A stretch of DNA of 64,000 bases, taken from an uncultured Nitrososphaeraceae archaeon (GTDB taxonomy: Archaea; Thermoproteota; Nitrososphaeria; Nitrososphaerales; Nitrososphaeraceae). This document shows, piece after piece, positions 54,368 through 64,000 of the stretch. Under the pieces are notes generated by a model, which was given only the letters and a program-made list of their open reading frames with translations, ran no database searches and was not told where the DNA came from. Where the stretch lies: the NCBI GenBank assembly GCA_963765895.1, contig CAVXZB010000064.1, positions 1-64,000 of the forward strand. Reading direction: 5' to 3'. The translations under genes were made by a program, and so were the position numbers. Numbering within the stretch: position 1 is the stretch's first letter; each line of letters begins with the position of its first letter.

Positions 54368-57230
54368 TTATGTATTTCCACCTGCATTAATGGTCTTATT
54401 TAAAAGCAGTTTTGATCTCAAGTAAAATCCAGTTGTGCTAGCATCATTGGACGCTAGTCCCTCAGGAGTTGAGGTAGCTACGACTCTACCTCCGTTATCG
54501 CCACCTTCAGGTCCTAGGTCGATTATCCAATCTGCACTAGCTATCACGTCTAAATTATGTTCAATTATGATAACAGCATTTCCCTTTTCTACTAGTCTAT
54601 TTAGAACAACTAATAACTTTTGAACATCAACAAAATGTAGTCCTGTAGTAGGTTCATCAAGGATATAGACGGTTTTTCCTGTGCCTCTCTTGGATAACTC
54701 TGCAGCAAGCTTAATTCTCTGAGCTTCACCTCCGGATAGCGTAGTAGCCGGCTGGCCAAGCTTCAAATATCCTAACCCGACCTCATTTAGTGTACGCAAT
54801 TTTCGTTCTATCGTATAAATATTATTAAAAAATGCCAGCGCCTCCTCAACTGTCATGTCTAGTATGTCCGAGATTGTTTTGTTTTTGTATTTGATATTTA
54901 ATGTCTCAGAGTTGTATCGCTTTCCTTTGCAAATGTCGCATGTAACATAGACATCTGGTAAGAATTGCATTTCTATCCTCTTTACTCCTGCTCCTTCGCA
55001 TGTCTCACATCTCCCATCAGAAACATTAAATGAAAATCTGCCAGGTTTATATCCCATGGCCCTAGCCTGTGGTGTTTTTGAAAATACTTCTCTAACTGGA
55101 GTAAAAGCATTAACATATGTTGATGGATTTGATCTCAGGTGTACGACCAATTGGTGACTGATCAATTCCTATCACCCTGTCGACGAGCTCAAGACCACTG
55201 ATCCCATCATGATTGATTTTACGATTCTTGTCAGAAAAGTGATTTAATAACGATTTGAATAACACTTCGTTGACAAGACTAGACTTACCAGATCCAGAAA
55301 CGCCCGTTACAACAGTCATGCATCCGAGAGGAAAACCCACTGTGATGGATTTTAAATTATTTTCCCTTGCTCCCTTGACAACGATCCACTTCTCAGTTTT
55401 TCTCCTCATGTGTCTTGGATTGGATACTAGTTTATCCTTTCTCAAGAAGGCACCTGTGATAGAATCTTTATTCCGCATAATATCTTCTACCGTCCCTTCA
55501 GCCACGATTCGACCTCCATGTACACCAGCCCCAGGACCTATGTCCAGTATCCAATCTGCACTTCTCATTACTTCCTCATCGTGTTCTACAACCAATAATG
55601 TATTATCCAAATCCCGTAGTTTCTTTAATGTGTAAATCAATTTTTTATTGTCCCGCTGATGTAACCCAATTGTGGGCTCGTCTAGCACGTATAAGACACC
55701 TGTCAAATTCGATCCTATTTGAGTTGCGAGCCGGATCCTCTGAGACTCACCCCCAGAAAGCGATGATGTTCTCCGATTTAGAGTTAGATATTCAAGCCCT
55801 ACGTTTAAGAGGAATTCTAGTCTGGATGTTATTTCTTTTAGAATGTTTTTGGCGATAAACTTCTCGGTTTCCGATAGGTCAATTGACTTGAAGAATTTGT
55901 AGCACGATTCGATAGAAAGGTCGCATATTTGCATAATCGATCTATTCTGTATCTTCACCGCCCGAGCCTCTTCTCTAAGACGAGTACCATTGCAACTGTC
56001 ACATGGTAGTTCGCGCATAAACTGCAATAGTTCCTCGCGTTTTGATTCTGATTCTGTCTGTCTGTACAAGCGATCCAAATTTGGAATAACTCCCTCAAAT
56101 GATCCTTTATACTCCCACTTGGTATCCGAATATTTCGATTGATATCTGTAGTGGATATTCTCCTGGGTACCATAAAGAATTGTTCTAACCTGTGTTTCAG
56201 TCATACGCGAAATTGGGGTATTCAGGTCAAATCCAAACCTTTTTCCTACGTCTTTGAGCATAGAAGACCTAAATGTAAAAAAATGACCCGACCATGGCCT
56301 GATAGCACCCTGCAGAATACTTTTTGACTTATCGGAGATAATCAAGTCAGGGTCGAATTCTATCCTTATGCCAAGGCCATTGCATTCTGGACAGGCTCCA
56401 AAAGGAGAATTAAAGGAAAATGTACGAGGTTCTAACTCGCTAATACTGATTCCACAATCAGGACAGGCATTTCGTTGAGAATAAAGAGAGTCATTATTTT
56501 CAAGGGAAGCAATAACTAAGCCATTTCCTACTTTCAAACCAGTCTGGACAGATTCAAACACTCTACTTTTCTCTTCTAGTGACGGTGTAACTCTATCGAT
56601 CACGGCGGAAATCGAATGCTTTTTATGCTTATCAAGACGCGGATAAATCGACTTTTCTTCTTCATCGAGATTTATCACTTCACCGTCTAGTCGAACCCTA
56701 GAAAATCCATTTGTTCTTAGATCTTTAAAGAGCTTCTCATATGTACCCTTCTTTTCCTGAACTATAGGAGCTAATATGAGGATTTTTTTTCCTTCGCATT
56801 CTTGAATGATCGACTCTACTATCGCCTCAACTGACTGACTTCCTATCTTCTTTCCGCAATTGGGACAGTACGGGATGCCGATTCTAGAGTAGAGGAGCCT
56901 AAGATAATCATATATTTCTGTAGCAGTCCCTACAGTCGATCTCGGATTCTTGCTACCGCTTCTCTGCTGGATCGATATTGCCGGAGACAATCCGTCGATG
57001 TGATCTACATCGGGCTTCTCCATTAGCTCCAGAAATTGTCTTGCATAAGCTGAAAGTGATTCCACGTATCTCCTTTGGCCTTCGGCGTAGATAGTATCAA
57101 ATGCAAGAGTAGATTTCCCAGAACCAGACAATCCAGATATTACGACGAGTCGATTTTTCGGGATCTCAACATTAACATTTTTTAGATTATGCTGTCTTGC
57201 ACCTCTAATAACGATCTTATCGTGCAACAA
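54368..57230 (-). CDS. uvrA: Excinuclease ABC subunit A (frameshift near 55136)
   Basis: [17 protein letters not shown], zinc fingers, [12 protein letters not shown], second ABC domain [12 protein letters not shown]. Confidence 0.95.
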
Positions 57231-59213
57231 CTATGACACCTCAGGCAACGAATACTGCCCTAGAATGTTTCGTATCTTTGATAACTTCTCTCTGGTTTCT
57301 ATGGCCATTTCAAAATCTAAATCTTCAGCAAATTTTTTCATACGTCCTTCTGTGTCTGATGCAAGTTTTATCAAATCGGTTCTAGACATTGATTTCAGAC
57401 TAGCCATAAAATTGACCTCTCCGTTCCCATTTTCAGCAACAGGTTTAATTACAGATTTTGGGCTAATATTATTTGCCAGATTATATTGAATCTGCTTACT
57501 CCTTCTCCGATTTGATTCGGCAACGGCTGAGCTCATTGACTTGGTAACATGATTTGCATACAAAATTACTGTCCCATCAATGTTTCTTGCAGCCCGTCCG
57601 AAAGTCTGAATTAGGCTAGTAAAGTTCCGAAGAAATCCTTCTTTGTCGGCATCCATAATTGCCACCATGGAGACTTCCGGAATATCTAACCCTTCTCTCA
57701 ATAAGTTTATCCCTACCAAGACATCAAATTTACCCAAGCGTAATTGTCGTATCAGCTCTGTTCTCTCTAAATTTTGTATCTCGGAATGAAGATATCGTAC
57801 GCGTATATCATTTTTCGATAGATAGTCAGCCAGATCCTCAGCCATTCTCTTCGTTAGAGTAGTAACAAGAATTCGCTGCCTTTTTACAGTTCTAGACTTT
57901 ATTTCGCTAATAAGATCATCTATTTGATCAGTAGCGGGTTTAAGAATAATCTGTGGATCAACTAGTCCAGTCGGTCGAACCACTTGTTCTATGACTTGAT
58001 AGCTCTTTGCCGTCTCATAGTTTCCTGGCGTTGCTGATACAAATATAACATTTTTCTGATATTTTTCAAATTCTTCGAATTTTAGAGGCCTATTATCAAA
58101 AGCGCTGGGCAACCTAAAACCATAATCAATCAGGTTTTTCTTGCGAGTATAGTCCCCATTATACATACCGTGTATCTGAGGGATGGTTACATGTGACTCG
58201 TCGATTATAAGAAGGAAATCCTCACCAAAAAAATCAAGTAAACAGTAAGGTGGACAGCCTGGTAACCTACCATCAAAGTGTCTAGAGTAGTTCTCTATAC
58301 CTGAGCAATAACCCAACTCTTGTATCATTTCTAGGTCATAGCCGACTCGAGACCTTATCCTCTGCTTTTCCAGTTCAGTTGGCAGTTCAGGAACCCATTT
58401 TTCAAGTTCACGCTTAATAGATTCTACTGCGACTTTACGAGATGGATCATCGATAATATAGTGCTTTGCTGGGAATACCTTGATTGTATCTAATTCTTTG
58501 ATTCGGTTCAAAGTTAGCGGATCATAGATCGAAATCCTTTCTATTTCGTCGTCAAAGAGTGAAATTCGGATCATATCTTTAGTATATCCTGGAAATATGT
58601 CAATAGTATCTCCGCGCGACCTGAAGGCACCTTGTGCTGGGGCGATATCATTTCGTTCATACCGAGCACTAATCAGTTGCTGAATGATCTTTGATCGTGT
58701 CATATTAGTACCAACTTCCAATCGCAACGCAGATGCATCCCATTCAGCAGGAGAGCCAAGCGAATAAATGCAAGAGACTGTAGCGACGATAATGGTAGGC
58801 TCCCCAGACATTATCATTGCGGTGGCCTCTAGTCTCATTTTTTCTATTCTTTCATTTATTTCGGTCTCTTTTTCAATATAGGTATCACTTTGGGGTATAT
58901 AGCTTTCAGGCTGATAGTAATCGTAAAAGCTAACAAAGTAGCCAACGTTGTCATGAGGGAAAAATTCCTTAAACTCCGTATATAGCTGAGCAGCTAACGT
59001 CTTGTTGTGAGAAATGACGAGGGCATTCTGGTTAGACCGAGCAATTACGTTGGCAACAGTAAAAGTCTTGCCACTACCTGTAACACCAAGTAAAGTTTGA
59101 CAGCCGCGCCTTTCTAATACACCCCTAGCTAGGGTATTAATAGCATTTGGCTGATCACCACTTGGTGGGTAAGCATTTTTGGATAATGTGAACTTCTGAC
59201 CTCTCAACAGCAC
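57231..59213 (-). CDS. uvrB: Excinuclease ABC subunit B
   Basis: GDQP, GVTGSGKT, YDYYQPE beta-hairpin, DESH, GINLLREGLD, UVR domain. Confidence 0.96.
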   Translation of the reverse strand: MLLRGQKFTLSKNAYPPSGDQPNAINTLARGVLERRGCQTLLGVTGSGKTFTVANVIARSNQNALVISHNKTLAAQLYTEFKEFFPHDNVGYFVSFYDYYQPESYIPQSDTYIEKETEINERIEKMRLEATAMIMSGEPTIIVATVSCIYSLGSPAEWDASALRLEVGTNMTRSKIIQQLISARYERNDIAPAQGAFRSRGDTIDIFPGYTKDMIRISLFDDEIERISIYDPLTLNRIKELDTIKVFPAKHYIIDDPSRKVAVESIKRELEKWVPELPTELEKQRIRSRVGYDLEMIQELGYCSGIENYSRHFDGRLPGCPPYCLLDFFGEDFLLIIDESHVTIPQIHGMYNGDYTRKKNLIDYGFRLPSAFDNRPLKFEEFEKYQKNVIFVSATPGNYETAKSYQVIEQVVRPTGLVDPQIILKPATDQIDDLISEIKSRTVKRQRILVTTLTKRMAEDLADYLSKNDIRVRYLHSEIQNLERTELIRQLRLGKFDVLVGINLLREGLDIPEVSMVAIMDADKEGFLRNFTSLIQTFGRAARNIDGTVILYANHVTKSMSSAVAESNRRRSKQIQYNLANNISPKSVIKPVAENGNGEVNFMASLKSMSRTDLIKLASDTEGRMKKFAEDLDFEMAIETREKLSKIRNILGQYSLPEVS

Positions 59214-59788
59214 GAGATGCTATATCAAAACGGGAATATATTGCTATATCCTGGTTATAATATATAGTTAAATTCATAACTAAGATATTATGATATTATA
59301 AACACTAAGGATTAGACTTGGTTGCTGGCTGGAATTTGCTATCATTTGTCGAATTGCCAATTGAAAAGATTTATACTCCGTTATCGGTAGGCCTATGAAA
59401 ATTTAACTTATAGTAGGAGGAATACTTTTGTTCAACCAATCCCTTTAATGATGAATTGATGGAGTTATGTAAACTGCTATTTGCATTCCAAATGATCCAT
59501 CATAACGATGTAATGCAGAAAATTAAGGAAATCTATTCAGCAATGACCGAATTTTGTATCTTATCATACCAAAATCAAATAGGCGCGCCCAATTCAAAAT
59601 CTAAACTAGTAATAGCACATTCAGTATCCAAAGAGAGAGATAAAGATGCACCAGGTATGTATATTTAGCAACTTTTAATGTTAGTATTATTACTCATTTC
59701 ACATCTAGACTCTTCATCACTAAATATCTCCCAAAAAAACTTTGGTATGTCTCTAGTTCTGTAAGATCTTCTACCTGAGAAATTAAAT

Positions 59789-59825
59789 AACTATGAAGGC
59801 ACTGTTTAAACTATGAAGGCACTGT
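59789..59825. repeat. Short tandem duplication (aactatgaaggcactgt x2, period 20)
   Basis: Read directly. Confidence 0.8.
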
Positions 59826-59847
59826 ATAGAGTGAGAGGGCGCTAACA

Positions 59848-60771
59848 TTATGAAATTGACTTAATATGGTATGCCGGATGCAACTCTGCATGTCCTCCTT
59901 CTCGTACATCAATTACATAAATGCCTGTTACTTCTACATGCTGCCCAACTGTTGGCAATACACCCTTGAGGTCAGGACCATTATATTTAGGATCTTTGCA
60001 TTGATTTTTCTTAACTGGATCGGTCGATGTATTCTTACCTTGGCAAACTACTTCCACATGCAGCGCACCCTTTAATTTCTGACTATTCATGTTTACGGGT
60101 GTCAGAAGCGAGGCGTATTTACTATCAGGTTTTACATTAAAGTTTGCGTCGCCATCTGTATTAATATAATGAGTCCATGTTACTTTTCCAGTCACTGTAA
60201 TGCAATTTCCAACAATAAACCGTGTTGTATTAAGATCCTTCATGAAAGGATTTGGTACAAATTTTTCAAGGCTACCGGAAGGAGTACATTGATCACTTTT
60301 AAAAGGAGAGCTGTCCGGAACAACCAAATTTGCCTTAAGTGATTGAACTTGTGAAGGATTTAGAGCTTGTTCTTCCTCTTCCTCTATATCAATTTCCTGA
60401 CCTTCTCCACTCTGAATTCCAGGTATATTATTTTGAACACGGTTCTCTGATTCAGAGATGTTTGTCGACTGGGATGAAGATTTGTTAATAGTATTACTAT
60501 TGAACTTTGGTAACGATGGTATATCAGGCCTTAATGTAGACCCTATAGTAGGACTTGCAGAAGGTTCAGATTGTCCAGTCTGTTTTGTAATAATTGGGTA
60601 AATTATACTACTATTATTTTTTGTATTCGCATCACTATTACTAGTAGGACTATCAATCCGACCATAACTCGGATTAGTCTTATTATACGAGAAACCAATA
60701 ATTAAGAACACAATTACAAATACAAGAACAGCTGTCTTAATTACAGGAGAAACACGAGCTCTTTTTTTCAT
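59848..60771 (-). CDS. Secreted/membrane-anchored protein with low-complexity linker and OB-fold-like C-terminal domain
   Basis: N-terminal TM; CITVTGKV..DGD ... HVEVVC ... GQHVEVTGIYVID..GHAELHP. Confidence 0.7.
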   Translation of the reverse strand: MKKRARVSPVIKTAVLVFVIVFLIIGFSYNKTNPSYGRIDSPTSNSDANTKNNSSIIYPIITKQTGQSEPSASPTIGSTLRPDIPSLPKFNSNTINKSSSQSTNISESENRVQNNIPGIQSGEGQEIDIEEEEEQALNPSQVQSLKANLVVPDSSPFKSDQCTPSGSLEKFVPNPFMKDLNTTRFIVGNCITVTGKVTWTHYINTDGDANFNVKPDSKYASLLTPVNMNSQKLKGALHVEVVCQGKNTSTDPVKKNQCKDPKYNGPDLKGVLPTVGQHVEVTGIYVIDVREGGHAELHPAYHIKSIS

Positions 60772-61467
60772 TATCCTAAATTAGGACTATTATTATATAT
60801 ACATTAACTCTATAGTCGATTTTTTCGTCCCTGTTGTACTCTCAAACAGAGAATGAATATTATGCGCTCATTTTTAATCTGAAATCCTGTGGATGCTACA
60901 TGTTGCAATTGTATAGGGAAATCTCTTTTCAATTATTTACTAAAGGCAAATACCTAAATATTTATTGTCCCGCTCAATCTTCGTCAATCCTATTCTCATG
61001 CCTTATAAATCGAGCTAAATGAGTTATTTAAAAGAAACCTGAAGGGCGATGTTGGGAGACGGAGCGCCTGCTCATATTCCAGTTACCAAACAAACTAGCT
61101 ATGCATATAGAAGACATAATTAATCTGAGCTCAATAAACGCTAAAACTATCAGTACTTGTGGATTCATTAGCTCAGAAACAATCTGGCGACAGTACAAAT
61201 TATGATATCTTTAGATAGTAGCAATTGATGGATGTGATCCAATGTATTTAATTCAGTTTATAGCCGGTAAGTCTTAACACATCGGACAGTATCGGGTTCT
61301 TGAAATGCCCAGTATAATTATATCGGAAAATCCCTACTAATACAGATTGCAGCATTCCACATTATAAATATGCTCTTAAAACGACATCAGATTATCGAGT
61401 GACCTAGTTCGGTGTTTCATACTTGTTATTCTTTTAAATTCTTGTTAAAAAAGTCCTTCAACGCTTT

Positions 61468-61743
61468 TCATTTTGCTGCCTGCTCCCATGATTTTGAAAA
61501 GACATCAAGCCACTTCTGATTTATTCTCTGCATATTCTCAAATTGCTGTTCATATGATTTGTTCATTTTCTCGTAACTTCTAATGGACTGATTATAAAGA
61601 TCATTTACCCTCTCAATGCTCTTAATAGATTCATTATACAAGTAGTTTATCCGTTCTAGGTTTGTAATATAGTCTCTCTGTAGTTGGTTTACCTTCTCAA
61701 GGCTTTTGATAAATTCATTATACATTTCAAACCATGTCATCAT
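61468..61743 (-). CDS. Small amphipathic coiled-coil protein with 14-aa repeats
   Basis: YNEFIKSLEKVNQL / YNESIKSIERVNDL / YNQSIRSYEKMNKS. Confidence 0.7.
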   Translation of the reverse strand: MMTWFEMYNEFIKSLEKVNQLQRDYITNLERINYLYNESIKSIERVNDLYNQSIRSYEKMNKSYEQQFENMQRINQKWLDVFSKSWEQAAK

Positions 61744-61849
61744 TTGAGAATAATATCGATGGTTATACTTATCAATTAGGATACCTTAACCCGATACCTG
61801 GTTTTAGCAAGTATGAAATACAAGATTTAGAGAATATCGATTGCAGGGA

Positions 61850-62300
61850 TTATGCTGAGACTGGACCCCTACGCTCATCTGATCCTCCTGTGCCTATTGG
61901 GGCGCCGATATGATCAACCGAAATTTCAATTACAAAATCAAACTCATTTAATTCTTTTAGAATGTCACATGTTAATCTCATGTTAGTCTCATAGTGAGTA
62001 CCGATACCATATATTGCAGGAACCGGCCCGCACGTTTTCCAGATATGATCCTTACACCATTGGGAATGAGTGCCACTCTTAGTAAATACCTCAACAATGT
62101 AAATAGGCGCATGCTCAGTCTTCTTCGCGTACTAAAAGATCGTGAGTGAGCATGGAATCTACCTTTGGAAGGTATGTTTGATATGATGTCTCTAATACTC
62201 AGAATACATTTCTTAATTCTTGCAGTTCTGTCGTTATCATCGAGAATTTTTTGTTTATTCTTTTTGTTTACAATCAGTATCGCCGCTGGACCTCGCAAGG
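61850..62300 (-). pseudogene. Frameshifted copy of a Nitrososphaeraceae conserved hypothetical gene
   Basis: Joining frames gives PKVDSMLTHDLLVREE / APIYIVEVFTKSG..WCKDHIW..VPAIY..GTHY.TNMRLT.DILKELNEFDFVIEIS.. stop 61850; the supplied 61978-62367 ORF is mostly off-frame. Confidence 0.55.
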
Positions 62301-62391
62301 AAGGATAGAGCATTAGAGTCCTAGCAACGACGATACATGACTTTGTAAGGGATAATCTATAATGCACAATATTTTATATAAAAATTAAAAA

Positions 62392-62455
62392 TCGCTGTTG
62401 GGACTGCTAGACAACCCCTGAGCCAAGATTGTTTGTTAATCAGTCCCAACAGCGA
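62392..62455. other. Long inverted repeat/hairpin (15-bp perfect arms)
   Basis: tcgctgttgggactg 62392-62406 / cagtcccaacagcga 62441-62455, with inner agacaa/ttgttt pairing. Confidence 0.85.
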
Positions 62456-62564
62456 CTGACCTGCTAGTGCTATACAATATTCTATTTAACCAATGCACAA
62501 GCTGTCGTCTGCTCTACCAAATTGTTCTACACTATAAAAGAAAAAGAAAAGATGGTCTTTTAAC

Positions 62565-62744
62565 CTATCCGCCACAAACGCCACAATCGCCACCGGCGCC
62601 ATGATGTCCGTTATTATGATGATGATGATGGCGATGATGGTCGGACTTGAAGTGTGCTAACGCAGTGTTTGATCCGATGGTTGATATTATCATTCATACT
62701 GGAACGGTTACGATAACCATTGCAAGAATTACTGATTTATTCAT
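62565..62744 (-). CDS. Small secreted His-rich CxxC peptide gene with in-frame TGA at codon 17
   Basis: MNKSVILAMVIVTVPV*MIISTIGSNTALA/HFKSDHHRHHHHHNNGHHGAGGDCGVCGG; TGA at 62694-62696. Confidence 0.55.
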
Positions 62745-62940
62745 CTTCAATAAACAATATACCTAAACATACAAAGTTCATCAAGGCTAATTGCCAGTAA
62801 ATTCCAAAAATGAGCAAATTTTCTGAAATGACAATCTACTAAATTGTTCTAGACTCGATTCAGACCTTAAACACACATTCTTTCACGTCCATTATACGAA
62901 CCCCCATTCAGAAATTTAAATAACCTCTGGCAGGCTTATA

Positions 62941-63687
62941 ATGGCTATGAAACATTCCGTCGCTTCGATGACAGATGCGGATTTCGTGTCTGTGTTGGAA
63001 AAGGAGGGTAAAATGAGAATCGATGATTTCATAAAGGGAGCAATGGAGTTAGCTGAGGATGTCCACTCAGATAGTTTTAGAGAAGATGGTTCATCCTCAT
63101 TTTTAGAAACACATACCTGGCCTGTGGCGGTAGATGTCATGAGACATTACAAATCACTTAAACGACCAATTACAAGTGTTGAGATAGCGTCTGCTATACT
63201 GCATGACATTTCTGAGGACAACGTCAGAATTATTGATCTGTACAAGACCAAAGACTATGGGTTTGAAGCATATCTAAAATATCGGTTCGGCAGTAGGGTG
63301 TACTATATTGCCACGAGCTTGAAACTAAAAGATCTTGCCGGATATGATGGGAAAAATGATGAAGAGCGAAAGTTATCTCGATTCCATGAATACTGTGATT
63401 TCCTTGTCGCCGCTGATTATGATATTAAAGTGATCAAGTTGGCAGACAGACTTAACAATATGGAATTTATTTTAGACATCGCAAAACAAAATAAAAAAAT
63501 GGTTTACGATAAAATAAAGAGATACTTGAGGGAATCAGAGGACTTTTACTTGTGCTTTACAATTTTACACCCAAAAACTCCAGATTTTTATAACAAATTG
63601 CGATCGTGCTATGAACAACTCAGATCTACATATTACGAATATACTCTAACTATGCCTCAAACGAATGAAGGTGCCGATAGGACCTGA
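62941..63687 (+). CDS. HD-domain protein, RelA/SpoT hydrolase-like (small alarmone hydrolase/Mesh1-like)
   Basis: AMELAEDVH...RED, H..PVA, AILHDISED, FG..V, VIKLADRLNNM. Confidence 0.8.
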   Translation: MAMKHSVASMTDADFVSVLEKEGKMRIDDFIKGAMELAEDVHSDSFREDGSSSFLETHTWPVAVDVMRHYKSLKRPITSVEIASAILHDISEDNVRIIDLYKTKDYGFEAYLKYRFGSRVYYIATSLKLKDLAGYDGKNDEERKLSRFHEYCDFLVAADYDIKVIKLADRLNNMEFILDIAKQNKKMVYDKIKRYLRESEDFYLCFTILHPKTPDFYNKLRSCYEQLRSTYYEYTLTMPQTNEGADRT

Positions 63688-64000
63688 TGTGTTGCGCAGA
63701 TCCTGAATATCAGGCAAGGATAATCCGCAATCCTGCTACATGGCACAATACTCATTTCCTTGCTGCTTAGGCAAATAGAATGTTCTATCATCTAGTCACT
63801 TAAATTTTTGCTAGAAAATTTTATTTCATAACCAATTTAAAAGGCATTACTTAGACATATTCTTGTAAATTGAAATCCCCTAGACTAAAAGTATCAGTTA
63901 TAATCAAATTAGAGCCAGATTTTTCAGAGGGAAATGTTAGTTATAATTCAGATGGAACTTTGAATAGGGCCGAGACAAAAAGCATTTTAGGCCCACACAG

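Noticed and set aside
59456-59668. 70-aa ORF
   Set aside because: AT-rich, no motif; cannot be supported as a gene

Overview
Chromosomal window from an ammonia-oxidising archaeon (Nitrososphaerota/Thaumarchaeota, most consistent with a low-GC soil Nitrososphaeraceae lineage; taxonomy inferred from gene content). Mostly core genes: diphthamide (dph2, dph6), SRP54 and SRP RNA, Pus10, eS24/eS31, proteasome beta, ArgRS, Lsm, AcnX-type phosphomevalonate dehydratase, bacterial-type leuCD, metK and uvrBAC, and cobalamin genes (cbiD, cbiC, cbiX, cbiG, cbiA). Non-coding features read from the sequence: SRP (7S) RNA, intron-containing tRNA-Cys(GCA) and tRNA-Arg(CCG), a box C/D guide sRNA, a possible half-C/D hairpin sRNA and several long hairpins. 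Accessory parts: a roughly 1,090-aa repeat/poly-Ala surface protein (0-3.3 kb), a patch of secreted metalloproteases and micro-proteins next to tRNA-Cys (25.6-30.9 kb), and a patch at 59.4-63.7 kb (OB-fold secreted protein, His-rich CxxC peptide, small alarmone hydrolase-like HD protein). Many conserved genes are split by single-base insertions, which points to long-read assembly error rather than pseudogenisation. No CRISPR array, integrase or transposase was seen. Best leads for something new: the HExxH protein + nucleotidyltransferase-pseudokinase pair behind srp54/pus10, the two guide-like sRNAs, an arcadin-1-like ORF, the silk-like surface protein, and the His-rich peptide with an in-frame UGA and downstream hairpin.
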